Positions 16,505-26,385 of a stretch of 47,027 nucleotides of DNA are shown piece after piece; position 1 is the first letter of the stretch, and every line of letters starts with the position of its first letter. Under the pieces are notes generated by a model. It did not search any database and was not told where the DNA came from. It saw only the letters and a list, made by a program, of their open reading frames with translations. The stretch is taken from assembly GCA_035512195.1 (NCBI GenBank), contig DATKEK010000065.1, positions 1 through 47,027 of the forward strand. The letters are read 5' to 3'. The position numbers and the translations under genes were made by a program. This DNA is from Burkholderiales bacterium (GTDB lineage: Bacteria > Pseudomonadota > Gammaproteobacteria > Burkholderiales > Eutrophovitaceae).

Positions 16505-17383
16505 CTATGCCGGGGTGGCGCTCGCCGCGGTCGCCAGCGCCAGCTGCTTGCGGTAGCGGCTCAGCTGCTGGACGGTGTCGAAGGCCTGGCCGAACAGGGT
16601 GGACAGGTTGTGCAGGATCATCTTGACCACTTTGGACTCCCACTCGCGGTCGAAGCGAATCTGCTCGCTCAGCCAGTGTTCCAGCCACTCAGGGTTGGGC
16701 AGCTTGCTCTGCACGGTGTCCAGCGGGAACAGGCCCTTGTTCACGTGCAGGTTGGTCGGGTGCAGCGGCTTGCCGCTGCGGCCGCTGGAGGCCATCAGCA
16801 GGCCGACCTTGGCAAAGGCCGTGCGCGCCGCGTCGCCGAAGCGCGAGATGGCGCGCTTCATGTAGCGCAGGTAGGCGCCGCCGTGGCGCGCCTCGTCGCG
16901 CGCGATGATGTCGTAAATCTTCTTGATCACCGGTTCGGTGTGCCACTGCGATGCGCAGCGGTACCAGTGGTTGAGGCGGATCTCGCCGCAGAAATGCAGC
17001 ATCAGGGTTTCCAGCGGCGGCGCCGGATCGAAATCGAAACGCACCGCGTGCAATTCGTCCTCGGTGGGCACCATGTCCGGGCGGAAGCGCCGCAGGTATT
17101 CCATCAGCACCAGCGCGTGCTTCTGTTCCTCATAGAACCAGACCGACATGAAGGCGGCGAAGTCGCTGTCGTCGCGGTTGTCGCGCAGGAACATCTCTGT
17201 CGCGGGCAGGGCTGCCCACTCGGTGATGGCGTTCATCTTGATGGTGAGCGCCTGTTCGTCGGAAAGCCTGCTGCCCTCGAAGGCATCCCAGGGGATGTCT
17301 TTTTCGAGGTTCCAGCGCACGCTTTCCAGTTGCTTGAAGAGTTGCGGATAGAGCATCTGTTTCATTTGGGCGCTCGCTTTCAT
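16505..17383 (-). CDS. Acyl-ACP desaturase-like ferritin-fold diiron protein
   Basis: Two diiron motifs, WFYEEQKHALVL and IARDEARHGGAYL (E-E-x-x-H and D-E-x-R-H). They parallel the EENRH/DEKRH motifs of soluble acyl-ACP desaturases. The start is ambiguous among GTG 17404 and ATG 17383, 17365 or 17356. Confidence 0.75.
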   Translation of the reverse strand: MKASAQMKQMLYPQLFKQLESVRWNLEKDIPWDAFEGSRLSDEQALTIKMNAITEWAALPATEMFLRDNRDDSDFAAFMSVWFYEEQKHALVLMEYLRRFRPDMVPTEDELHAVRFDFDPAPPLETLMLHFCGEIRLNHWYRCASQWHTEPVIKKIYDIIARDEARHGGAYLRYMKRAISRFGDAARTAFAKVGLLMASSGRSGKPLHPTNLHVNKGLFPLDTVQSKLPNPEWLEHWLSEQIRFDREWESKVVKMILHNLSTLFGQAFDTVQQLSRYRKQLALATAASATPA

Positions 17384-17563
17384 TGCGTTTGCATGACGGC
17401 TCACTGTGGCATTTGCGCGTTACAGGAATGCTGCGAGTGGCCTCATGCGGTATCTGGATTGTCCAAGGCTCGCTGCACTTGGCCCCGGTCATGTTGCAGT
17501 GGCGCCGGAATAAGGTGATCGCAGTGTTCGACCATCCGCGAGATTTGGAGGTTTGCAGGCGGG

Positions 17564-18656
17564 TTGAATCGCCTGGCGATCGACGGTCCGCAGTATAACA
17601 CCGCACCTGCACGCTTTTCAGGCGCCGTAGTCCATGCGGACTGTACCGCGGACGGCCCCCCGTACACCGTGTTCACGCCTTACAGGCGCGCGTGGCTGGC
17701 GAGACTGGATCCGGTGCGGGTCGAGCCGCACGCGGTGAATCTCGAGCGCGGCACGCTGGCGCCGGCGGAGCAATCCGCGCTGCCGGAACTGGAATCGATG
17801 AACTTCCGCCGCAGCAACCTGTGCGCACTGAAGATGCCGGTCCGCATGGCTGGCGCGCGCGAACTGTTCCAAAATTTCCTCTCGCGCATCGACCTCTACC
17901 GCGACCGGCGGGACTACCTGGGAGTGCGCGGTGTATCGTACCTTTCGGTGCATCTGCGCTTCGGCACGATCTCGATCCGCGAACTGGTGCGCACCGCCGC
18001 CTCGGTCAGCACGCCGGGCGCAGAGACCTGGCTGTCGGAACTGATCTGGCGCGAGTTCTATTTCAGCATTCTTCATCACTTCCCGCGTGTCACCGACCGC
18101 GCCTTCCGCCCGGAATACGACGCCGTGCCGTTCGAGAACCGCGAAGAATACTTTCGCGCGTGGTGCGAGGCGCGTGCCGGATTCCCGCTGGTGGACGCGA
18201 CGATGCGCCAGATCAATTCGACCGGCTACATGCATAACCGCCTGCGCATGGTGGCGGCGTCGTTCCTGGTAAAGGACTTGCACGTGGACTGGCGCTGGGG
18301 CGCGCGCTACTTTGCGGCGAACCTGAACGATTTCGATCTTGCCGCGAACAACGGTGGCTGGCAGTGGTGCGCTTCAACCGGCTGCGATGCGCAGCCTTAC
18401 TTCCGCATTTTCAATCCGGTGACCCAGTCGAAGAAGTTCGATCCGGAGGGCCGCTTCATCCGCATGTACCTGCCGGAGCTGTCGAAGGTCGCGAACGAGC
18501 ACGTGCATGAACCATGGAAGATGAATGCCGCCGCGCAACGCGCCGGCGGATGCGCGATCGGGCGGGATTACCCCGCGCCGATCGTGGATCACGATACGGC
18601 GCGGAAGAAGACGCTGGAGATGTACTCGCTCGCCAGACAGGGCCGAAGGGCGGTGA

Positions 18657-18682
<26 letters not shown>
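17564..18682 (+). CDS. phrB: Deoxyribodipyrimidine photolyase, FAD-binding domain ORF lacking the N-terminal alpha/beta domain (probable 5'-decayed gene)
   Basis: PYTVFTPYRRAW, SYLSVHLRFG, WLSELIWREFY, GYMHNRLRMVAASFLVKDL and DLAANNGGWQWCASTG.DAQPYFRIFNP are classic photolyase/cryptochrome motifs. The ORF is 372 aa from a TTG. Only about 160 nt separate it from the divergent neighbour, so the roughly 120-aa N-terminal domain cannot be encoded intact. Confidence 0.8.
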
Positions 18683-19858
<1,176 letters not shown>

Positions 19859-19895
19859 TTATTGCACAAAGCCATGTCCGTTCCGTCTGAGACTT

Positions 19896-20234
19896 TCATT
19901 CGCCGAACGCGTTCTTTATCCAGTCGATCCGACCGTCGCCATTCAGCAACACTGCGTCGAAGCGGCAGGCGGGAGAATCGTGATGGCGCGCCAGAAAATG
20001 GCGTGCCGCGGCCAGCAGACGGTCCTGCTTGCCCGGCGTAATGCTGGCCGCCGCGCCGCCGAACGCCCGCGAGGCGCGGTAGCGCACCTCGACGAACACC
20101 AGCACGCGGCCGTCGCGCATGACCAAGTCTATCTCCCCGAATCTGCAGCGGTAATTGCGCTGGACCAGGGCCATGCCGTGGCGCTGCAGGAAGGCGAGCG
20201 CGGCATCTTCCGCGTCCCGCCCGGGTTGGCTCAT
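19896..20234 (-). CDS. yraN: YraN family (UPF0102) endonuclease-like protein
   Basis: 112 aa. GRDAEDAALAFLQRHG..LVQRNYRCRFGEIDLVMRDG..LVFVEVRYR is the UPF0102 signature. The ATG overlaps the lpoA stop by 4 nt. Confidence 0.85.
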   Translation of the reverse strand: MSQPGRDAEDAALAFLQRHGMALVQRNYRCRFGEIDLVMRDGRVLVFVEVRYRASRAFGGAAASITPGKQDRLLAAARHFLARHHDSPACRFDAVLLNGDGRIDWIKNAFGE

Positions 20235-21436
20235 CGCGGAGTTTGTGCGGTCGGGGGTGCTGCCGGCAGCAGGCGTGCCGCGCCGTACGAGAATTGCGCC
20301 GGAAGGAGTTCGCGCTCGAACTGCTGACCGCGGCCGAGACGGATCGTGCCAGTGACGCCGTCCAGCGTGTCGGGGAATTCGTAGTCGCGAAGCAGTACGC
20401 GCATCAGCCGGTAGGCGTCGATGCCCAGCGCGTAGAAGCGCTCCTGATCGAGCGCCGGGCTCTGGATGTCGGGGCGCAGGTAGCTCATGACCGCGGGGTG
20501 ATCCGGTTGCAGCAGCCAGGGCATGTCGAGAAAACGCACGGCGTCCAGGTCGTACAACTGCAGCGAATCGGCATTGGACGCGAACACCTGGGAAGTCGCG
20601 TAGATCGACAACCGGTTGCCGAGATAAGGCCGGATGAAACGCGCGCGCGATGCATCCAGCGACAGGAACACCGAATCCGCGGGGGATGCCCGCAGCCGCT
20701 CGCGCAGGATGGCCAGGGTGGAAACGTCCGTGGTGTAGACGAAGCGGTCCACCACCGCGCCCTGCAGCTTTTCCCATTCCTCGACGAATGCCTGGGCGAC
20801 TCTGCGGCCGAGCGCCGTTTCGCCGCTGACCACGAAAGCACTGCGCCGGCCCTCGCGGTAGGCGAGCTGGGCGACCTGCCTGGCCTCGGCCTCGATCTGC
20901 AGCCCGAACACATAGAGTTCCGGCGGTAGCCGGACATCCATGTCGGGGGCGTTCAGCGCGAGCGTGGGCACCGTCACCAGGCCGCTGGCGGCAAGTGCCG
21001 ACACGCCGTTTCGCGTCAACGGACCAATCACGCCCCGCGCGCCGGTCGACACCGCGCGCTGGTACGCGTCCAGGATGCTGACCGGTTCGTCGCTAGTAGC
21101 GTAAACGATCACCGGCAGGCGTGGTTCGAGCGCCAGACTGGTGGCCGACAGCACGCCGAGCCTTACCGAATCCGCGTGGCGGCCGAAGGACTGCGACTGC
21201 AGCGGCAGGAGCACCGCGATATGCGCCTGCGTGAGCTGGACGTTGTCTTCGTACGCGTAGGGATCTTCGCTCGGCTGCGGCTGCTGCTGCGCCGGGACCG
21301 GATACAGATCCTCGACCTGATGGGGTTCTTCCTGCAGGCCGAATCCGATGGCGTGGGCGCCCTGAGTGGATAAGGTGACGAGCGCCCAGTATAGTAGCGC
21401 GCAGAAGAACAGGAACGGGGCCGGGCGACGTTGCAT
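20231..21436 (-). CDS. lpoA: Penicillin-binding protein activator LpoA-like (periplasmic binding-protein fold)
   Basis: Signal peptide (FLFFCALLYWALVTLSTQGAHA), a Q/P-rich linker, then a type I PBP-like body (IAVLLPL...G..). In the yraM position, divergent from rsmI. Confidence 0.75.
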   Translation of the reverse strand: MQRRPAPFLFFCALLYWALVTLSTQGAHAIGFGLQEEPHQVEDLYPVPAQQQPQPSEDPYAYEDNVQLTQAHIAVLLPLQSQSFGRHADSVRLGVLSATSLALEPRLPVIVYATSDEPVSILDAYQRAVSTGARGVIGPLTRNGVSALAASGLVTVPTLALNAPDMDVRLPPELYVFGLQIEAEARQVAQLAYREGRRSAFVVSGETALGRRVAQAFVEEWEKLQGAVVDRFVYTTDVSTLAILRERLRASPADSVFLSLDASRARFIRPYLGNRLSIYATSQVFASNADSLQLYDLDAVRFLDMPWLLQPDHPAVMSYLRPDIQSPALDQERFYALGIDAYRLMRVLLRDYEFPDTLDGVTGTIRLGRGQQFERELLPAQFSYGAARLLPAAPPTAQTPR

Positions 21437-22333
21437 ATCGGGTACGATGAACCTACAGGCGCCACATTATATGTGGTGGCGACTCCAATCGGAAATCTGC
21501 GCGACATCACCTTGCGCGCGCTCGAGCTGCTGAAGTCGGTAGATGTGATCGCCGCGGAAGACACCCGCGTGACCCGCAAGCTGCTTTCCCACTTCGGCAT
21601 CGGCACGCGCACGATCGCCGTGCACCGGCATAACGAACGCACGGGCGCGAGCGCTCTCCTGAGACTGCTGGCGGACAACAAGTCGGTGGCGCTGGTAACC
21701 GATGCGGGAACGCCCGGCGTAAGCGATCCGGGAACGACAGTGGTCGGTGCGGTGCGCGAGGCCGGCTATCGCGTGGTGCCGCTGCCAGGCGCCAGCGCGC
21801 TGACCGCCGCGCTGTCCGCATCCGGGCTGGACACTACGCGTTTCCTGTTCTGCGGCTTTCTGCCGAGTCGCAAGGGCGAGCGCGCGGAGGCTCTCTCGCG
21901 TCTGGCGACATTTCGCGACCTGATGGTTTTCTACGAAGCGCCGCACCGCGTGCTGGCAGCGCTCACCGACATGGCGACCGCGTTCGGCGGCGAACGCAGG
22001 CTGGTGATCGCGCGTGAACTGACCAAGCTTTTCGAGGAGTTGCATGTCACCCGGCTCGACGCTGCCGAAGCCTGGATCGGAGAGAAGCCGGAACGTTGCC
22101 GCGGCGAGTTCGTGCTGCTGGTGGAGGGATTTCGAGGCGAGCAAGGCAACGCGCTCGCAGACGAACGTGTGCTGCACCTTCTGCTTGCGGAGCTGCCGGT
22201 GAAGCAGGCGGTGAAACTGGCGGCGCAGATCACCGGCGGCAGGCGCAACGCGCTGTATCAGCGGGCGCTGGAACTGCAGCAGGGCGGCGAGGATGTTTCG
22301 CACGGCACGGGAAGAACAACCGACAAGCAATGA
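21431..22333 (+). CDS. rsmI: 16S rRNA (cytidine1402-2'-O)-methyltransferase RsmI
   Basis: [34 protein letters not shown] is the tetrapyrrole-methylase-like RsmI signature. The only in-frame start before it is TTG 21431. Confidence 0.88.
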   Translation: MHIGYDEPTGATLYVVATPIGNLRDITLRALELLKSVDVIAAEDTRVTRKLLSHFGIGTRTIAVHRHNERTGASALLRLLADNKSVALVTDAGTPGVSDPGTTVVGAVREAGYRVVPLPGASALTAALSASGLDTTRFLFCGFLPSRKGERAEALSRLATFRDLMVFYEAPHRVLAALTDMATAFGGERRLVIARELTKLFEELHVTRLDAAEAWIGEKPERCRGEFVLLVEGFRGEQGNALADERVLHLLLAELPVKQAVKLAAQITGGRRNALYQRALELQQGGEDVSHGTGRTTDKQ

Positions 22334-22334
22334 C

Positions 22335-23369
22335 ATGGACCGACTGACCCTGATTCGGCCGGACGACTGGCACCTGCATCTGCGCGACGGCGATGCACTG
22401 CGCGCGGTGGTTTCGCACACCGCACGGCAGTTCGCGCGCGCGATCGTGATGCCCAACCTGCGCCCGCCGGTGAGAACCGCCGGCGACGCGCACGCATATC
22501 GCGAGCGAATCATGGCCGCACTGCCGGCCGGCAGCGACTTCGAACCGCTGATGACGCTGTATCTCACGGACAACACGCAGGCGGAGGAGATCCGGCGCGC
22601 AAAGGCGGGCGGCGTCGTGCACGCGGTGAAGTATTACCCGGCGGGCGCGACCACCAATTCGGAATCCGGCGTGACGGATATCCGGAAATGCTTTGCAATT
22701 CTCGAAGCGATGGCGCAGGAAGGCTTGCCGCTGCTGGTGCACGGCGAAGTGACCGATCCGGCGATCGACATGTTCGACCGCGAAAGGGTGTTCATCGAGC
22801 GCGAGTTGATGCCGTTGGTGGCACGAATTCCGCAACTTCGCGTGGTCATGGAGCACATCACCACCGCGCAGGCAGCCGACTTCGTGAAACACGCCCCGGC
22901 GAACGTGGCGGCGACCATCACCGCGCACCATCTGCTGTTGAACCGCAACGCCTTGTTTCAGGGCGGGTTGCGGCCGCATCACTTCTGCCTTCCGGTGCTC
23001 AAGCGCGAAGAACATCGCCGCGCACTGCTGGAGGCGGCGACTTCCGGCAGCCCGAAGTTTTTTCTCGGCACCGACAGCGCCCCGCACGCGCGCAACACCA
23101 AGGAAACCGATTGCGGTTGTGCCGGCGTCTACACGGCGCATGCGGCGCTCGAGTTGTATGCGGAGGTGTTCGAGGACGCCGGCGCGCTGGACAAACTCGA
23201 GGGGTTCGCGAGCCTGTTCGGCGCGGACTTTTACCGGCTTCCGCGCAACCGGGCGCAAGTGGTGTTGGAGAAACGCGAATGGGCGGTGCCGGCAAGGCTG
23301 CCGTATGGCAGCGACGACCTGGTGCCTTTGCGCGCCGGCGGCAGCATCCGCTGGAAGTTGAGCGGTTGA
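22335..23369 (+). CDS. pyrC: Dihydroorotase (homodimeric type)
   Basis: [22 protein letters not shown] and the [12 protein letters not shown] motifs. ATG 22335 follows the rsmI stop by 1 nt. Confidence 0.92.
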   Translation: MDRLTLIRPDDWHLHLRDGDALRAVVSHTARQFARAIVMPNLRPPVRTAGDAHAYRERIMAALPAGSDFEPLMTLYLTDNTQAEEIRRAKAGGVVHAVKYYPAGATTNSESGVTDIRKCFAILEAMAQEGLPLLVHGEVTDPAIDMFDRERVFIERELMPLVARIPQLRVVMEHITTAQAADFVKHAPANVAATITAHHLLLNRNALFQGGLRPHHFCLPVLKREEHRRALLEAATSGSPKFFLGTDSAPHARNTKETDCGCAGVYTAHAALELYAEVFEDAGALDKLEGFASLFGADFYRLPRNRAQVVLEKREWAVPARLPYGSDDLVPLRAGGSIRWKLSG

Positions 23370-23585
23370 AGCGCACGCGGGCAGGCCGAATTTCTTCATT
23401 TGGGCACATCGGCAGGCGGGCGCATAATGCTTCGCAGGGATGGGGGATCACCGCTGCATAAGATGCGGCATTTCATGTTGCGCTGCCGCGCAAGCAAGTT
23501 TCAGGCGGTTGGCGCGATGTGCCTTCACTCTCCGGCAACCGAACGGACGGTTGCAAGGCACTTTCTGGACATGACAGGGGGATCA

Positions 23586-23864
23586 ATGAACAAGGCGGAA
23601 CTGGTCGAGGTGATAGCGAATAAAGTCGGCACCAGTAAAACAACGGCGGAATCGATGGTGGATGCATTCGTCGATGCCGTAACCGGAAGCATCAAACAGG
23701 GAGAGAGCGTGACGCTGGTCGGATTCGGAACGTTCTCGCAGGGCAAGCGCGCGGCGCGCACCGGGCGCAATCCGCAGACCGGGGCGGCACTTCATATACC
23801 GGCGTCGCGGACAGCGAAGTTCAGTGCCGGCGCGAAACTGAAGGCGGCGGTAAACGGCAGCTAG
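23586..23864 (+). CDS. hupB: DNA-binding protein HU
   Basis: 92 aa. MNKAELVEVIA...VTLVGFGTF...RAARTGRNPQTG is the canonical HU signature. GGGGGA lies upstream of the ATG. Confidence 0.93.
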   Translation: MNKAELVEVIANKVGTSKTTAESMVDAFVDAVTGSIKQGESVTLVGFGTFSQGKRAARTGRNPQTGAALHIPASRTAKFSAGAKLKAAVNGS

Positions 23865-23887
23865 ACGCACATGGAACCGGATTACGG

Positions 23888-23913
23888 AGAGGGGCTTTCG
23901 AGCCCCTTTTTTT
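23888..23913 (+). terminator. Rho-independent terminator of the HU gene
   Basis: GGGGCT-TTCG-AGCCCC hairpin (23891-23906) followed by a T7 run (23907-23913). Confidence 0.85.
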
Positions 23914-24099
23914 GCCCTGCAACGTGGCGCGGCGTTTCAGGGAAAGGCGGGAATCGTCGGTTCCACCCCGGCAGCGACCGCCTGCGGATGCCGCCGGGCA
24001 ACCTGTTCGCGGATTGCCCGGGCGCGATGCAGCGGTACGTCGACCATCACCAGCACCGAACCGGCTGCAATCGCGCGGTGCGGTGTTACGATTCGCGCG

Positions 24100-24472
24100 G
24101 AAAGCTGGCCGGGCAGCCGCTGTACGCGTTCGCGTGCAGAGGAAAGTCCGGGCTCCGCAGAGCAGGATGCCGGCTAACAGCCGGACGCCGCAAGGCGATG
24201 GAAAGTGCAACAGAGAGCAGACCGCCGATGGCTGGAGAGATCTGGCACAGGCAAGGGTGAAACGGCGAGGTAAGAGCTCACCGCGGACGTGGCAACACGG
24301 ACGGCACGGCAAACCCCATCCGGAGCAAGACCAAATAGGGGGGCGATAGCGCTGCTCGCGCTGCTCCCGGGTAGGTCGCTAGAGCCGCCGGGCAACCGGC
24401 GGCCCAGATGAATGGCTGTCATGGGTGCCCTCGGGCAACCAACAGAACCCGGCTTACAGGCCAGCTTTCCAC
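24100..24472 (+). ncRNA. rnpB: RNase P RNA, bacterial type A
   Basis: P1 pairing AAAGCTGGCC / GGCCAGCTTT. Universally conserved GAGGAAAGTCCGGGCTCC, GTGCAACAGAGAGCAGACCGCCGATGGC, GGTGAAACGGCGAGGTAAGAGCTCACCG, CCCATCCGGAGCAAGACCAAATAGGGG and ACAGAACCCGGCTTAC. Ends are accurate to a few nt. Confidence 0.95.
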
Positions 24473-24490
24473 TTCTTTTTTTCCTTCCAG

Positions 24491-24525
24491 CCCGTCCGCG
24501 AAGCGCGGACGGGTACCGGTTTTTC
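24491..24525 (+). terminator. Rho-independent terminator downstream of rnpB
   Basis: CCCGTCCGCG-AAG-CGCGGACGGG hairpin (24491-24513), followed a few nt later by TTTTT. Confidence 0.7.
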
Positions 24526-24652
24526 TCCCGTAGTACTTCAAGTGCGCCGCTTATTTCCATGAATTTAAATGGGTTATCTACTGTCGTCATGCGGCGACTT
24601 AGGAGTCATTCGTAAGTCTTTGTCGTATCGAAAGAAAACACGGTGTTTCTCC

Positions 24653-24681
24653 TTGACCGGCTATTTCTTTTCTACTAGAGT
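24653..24681 (+). promoter_or_regulatory. Candidate sigma70 promoter of the dcw cluster (Pmra)
   Basis: TTGACC (24653-24658), 17-nt spacer, TAGAGT (24676-24681). AT-rich upstream region, about 60 nt before the mraZ ATG. Confidence 0.55.
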
Positions 24682-24715
24682 GGGGAAAAGTAGGAAGAAG
24701 TGGGAACAGTAGTAA
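24680..24715 (+). promoter_or_regulatory. Phased GTGGG-type direct repeats (candidate MraZ operator)
   Basis: GTGGGG (24680), GTAGGA (24690), GTGGGA (24700) and GTAGTA (24710) at exact 10-bp spacing. They overlap and follow the -10, matching the known MraZ binding-site layout in E. coli. Confidence 0.6.
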
Positions 24716-24740
24716 AAACCGGTACTTCCCGCGAGGGGCC

Positions 24741-25184
24741 ATGTTTCAGGGAGCAACAGCACTTACGCTAGACGCGAAAGGCCGTCTTGCCGTGCCAACC
24801 AGGCACCGCGAGGGCCTTGTCACGGGCTCAAACGGTAAGTTAGTACTTACGGCTCATCCTCATCGATGCCTGCTTCTGTACCCGGCGGCGGCCTGGGAGC
24901 CGATCCGCGCGCGAATCATGACCTTCTCGAGTTTCGACCAGCAGGCCAGCAACTGGAAGCGGGTGCTGGTCGGTTTTGCCGAGGATCAGGGGATGGATGC
25001 GTCCGGTCGCCTGCTGGTGTCCGCGGTACTGCGCAAGTACGCCGGGATCGACAAGCAGGTGATGTTCGTCGGGCAGGGCAGCCATTTCGAGCTTTGGAGC
25101 CAGGAGAGTTGGGACAGGCAGATCGAGCAGGTGGTTACGGATCCGGAGCGTCTGCCGCCCGGCATGGAGAACTTCGCCTTGTGA
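24741..25184 (+). CDS. mraZ: Transcriptional regulator MraZ
   Basis: [24 protein letters not shown]... with a second SpoVT/AbrB-like repeat (DASGRLLV). First gene of the dcw cluster. Confidence 0.95.
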   Translation: MFQGATALTLDAKGRLAVPTRHREGLVTGSNGKLVLTAHPHRCLLLYPAAAWEPIRARIMTFSSFDQQASNWKRVLVGFAEDQGMDASGRLLVSAVLRKYAGIDKQVMFVGQGSHFELWSQESWDRQIEQVVTDPERLPPGMENFAL

Positions 25185-26107
25185 GCTCCGGCTCACATCA
25201 GGCTGTTTTGCTGGAGGAAGCGGTCGACGCCCTGAACATCAAGCCCGGAGGTTGTTATGTGGACGGCACCTTCGGCCGCGGAGGCCACAGCCGCGCGGTG
25301 CTCGCGCGCTTGGGCGCGCAGGGACGGTTGATCGCAATCGACCGCGATCCACAGGCGAGCGCGCATGCAGCCGAAATCGCGGACGCAAGACTGACGGTGG
25401 CGCAGGAGCGCTTCAGCCGGCTCGCGCACGTGCTGCGCAGGCACGACGCGGCGCAGGTCGACGGCGTGCTGCTTGACCTCGGCGTTTCCTCGCCGCAACT
25501 GGAAGAGGCGGCAAGGGGTTTCAGTTTTCGGCGCGACGGCCCGCTCGACATGCGGATGGATCCGGGCAGCGGGCCGAGTGCGGCGGAGTGGCTTGCGCAG
25601 GCTTCTGAACGTGAGATCGGGGAGGTGATCAAGCGCTATGGCGAAGAACGGTTTGCTAAACAGATTGCAAGAGCGATTGTTGCGGCTCGATCGCGACAGC
25701 CCATCGAGCGCACGCGGCAACTTGCCCAGATCGTGGCTGAAGCCGTTCCCACGCGTGAGCCACGCCAGGATCCGGCGACGCGCACTTTCCAGGCTTTACG
25801 GGTTTACCTCAATCAGGAGCTTGAAGAGCTGGAGGTAGCCTTGCCGCAATGCGTCGACTGCCTTGCCGGCGGCGGCCGCCTGGTGGTGATCAGTTTCCAT
25901 TCGCTGGAGGATCGCATCGTCAAACGCTTCATGCGCGCCGAGGCGAATCCGAGCGTGCCGTCGCGCCTGCCGTTGCGCGCCGCCGAACTGCCGAAGCCGC
26001 GACTGCGCCTGGTCGGCAAAGCGCTGCGACCGTCGGCAGCTGAGACGCAGGCCAACCCGCGCGCGCGCAGCGCGATCATGCGGGTGGCGGAAAGGCAGGC
26101 GGCATGA
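25181..26107 (+). CDS. rsmH: 16S rRNA (cytosine1402-N4)-methyltransferase RsmH
   Basis: GTG start overlaps the mraZ stop (GTGA). [13 protein letters not shown]...[12 protein letters not shown] and [13 protein letters not shown] motifs. Confidence 0.93.
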   Translation: MSSGSHQAVLLEEAVDALNIKPGGCYVDGTFGRGGHSRAVLARLGAQGRLIAIDRDPQASAHAAEIADARLTVAQERFSRLAHVLRRHDAAQVDGVLLDLGVSSPQLEEAARGFSFRRDGPLDMRMDPGSGPSAAEWLAQASEREIGEVIKRYGEERFAKQIARAIVAARSRQPIERTRQLAQIVAEAVPTREPRQDPATRTFQALRVYLNQELEELEVALPQCVDCLAGGGRLVVISFHSLEDRIVKRFMRAEANPSVPSRLPLRAAELPKPRLRLVGKALRPSAAETQANPRARSAIMRVAERQAA

Positions 26108-26385
26108 AGCGCATCAATCTCGTGCTGTTCGCCGTGCTGGTCGGTTGCGCGCTGGCGCTGGTCACCTCGCAGCATCACGCGCGCAAGCTGTTCGTCGAGC
26201 TGCAGGCGCAGCAGGAAGTCGCCGCGCAACTCGAAACCGAGTTCGGCCGGCTGCAACTCGAGCAGAGCACCTGGGCGACGCACTCGCGAATCGAGCGCAT
26301 CGCCACCAGTCAGCTGCAGATGCGCGTGCCTTCGCAGGCGCGCGTGCGAGTGGTTCCTCCCCCTCCCGCGCCGTCCAGCCCATGA
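26104..26385 (+). CDS. ftsL: Cell division protein FtsL
   Basis: 93 aa, single TM ([17 protein letters not shown]), then a coiled coil. Positioned between rsmH and ftsI, with ATGA overlaps at both ends. Confidence 0.88.
   Translation: MKRINLVLFAVLVGCALALVTSQHHARKLFVELQAQQEVAAQLETEFGRLQLEQSTWATHSRIERIATSQLQMRVPSQARVRVVPPPPAPSSP

Noticed and set aside
23400-23585. 5' extension of the HU ORF (154-aa version), and a short GCAT/ATGC hairpin after pyrC as a terminator
   Set aside because: HU homology begins exactly at MNKAEL (ATG 23586), which has its own RBS. The hairpin has only about 7 bp including a G-U pair, a 3-nt loop and a poor U-tract.
24065-24092. Possible rnpB promoter (CTGCAA-16 nt-TACGAT)
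   Set aside because: The -10-like TACGAT is well placed about 7 nt before the predicted 5' end. The -35 matches only 3 of 6 positions, which is too weak to report as a feature without TSS data.
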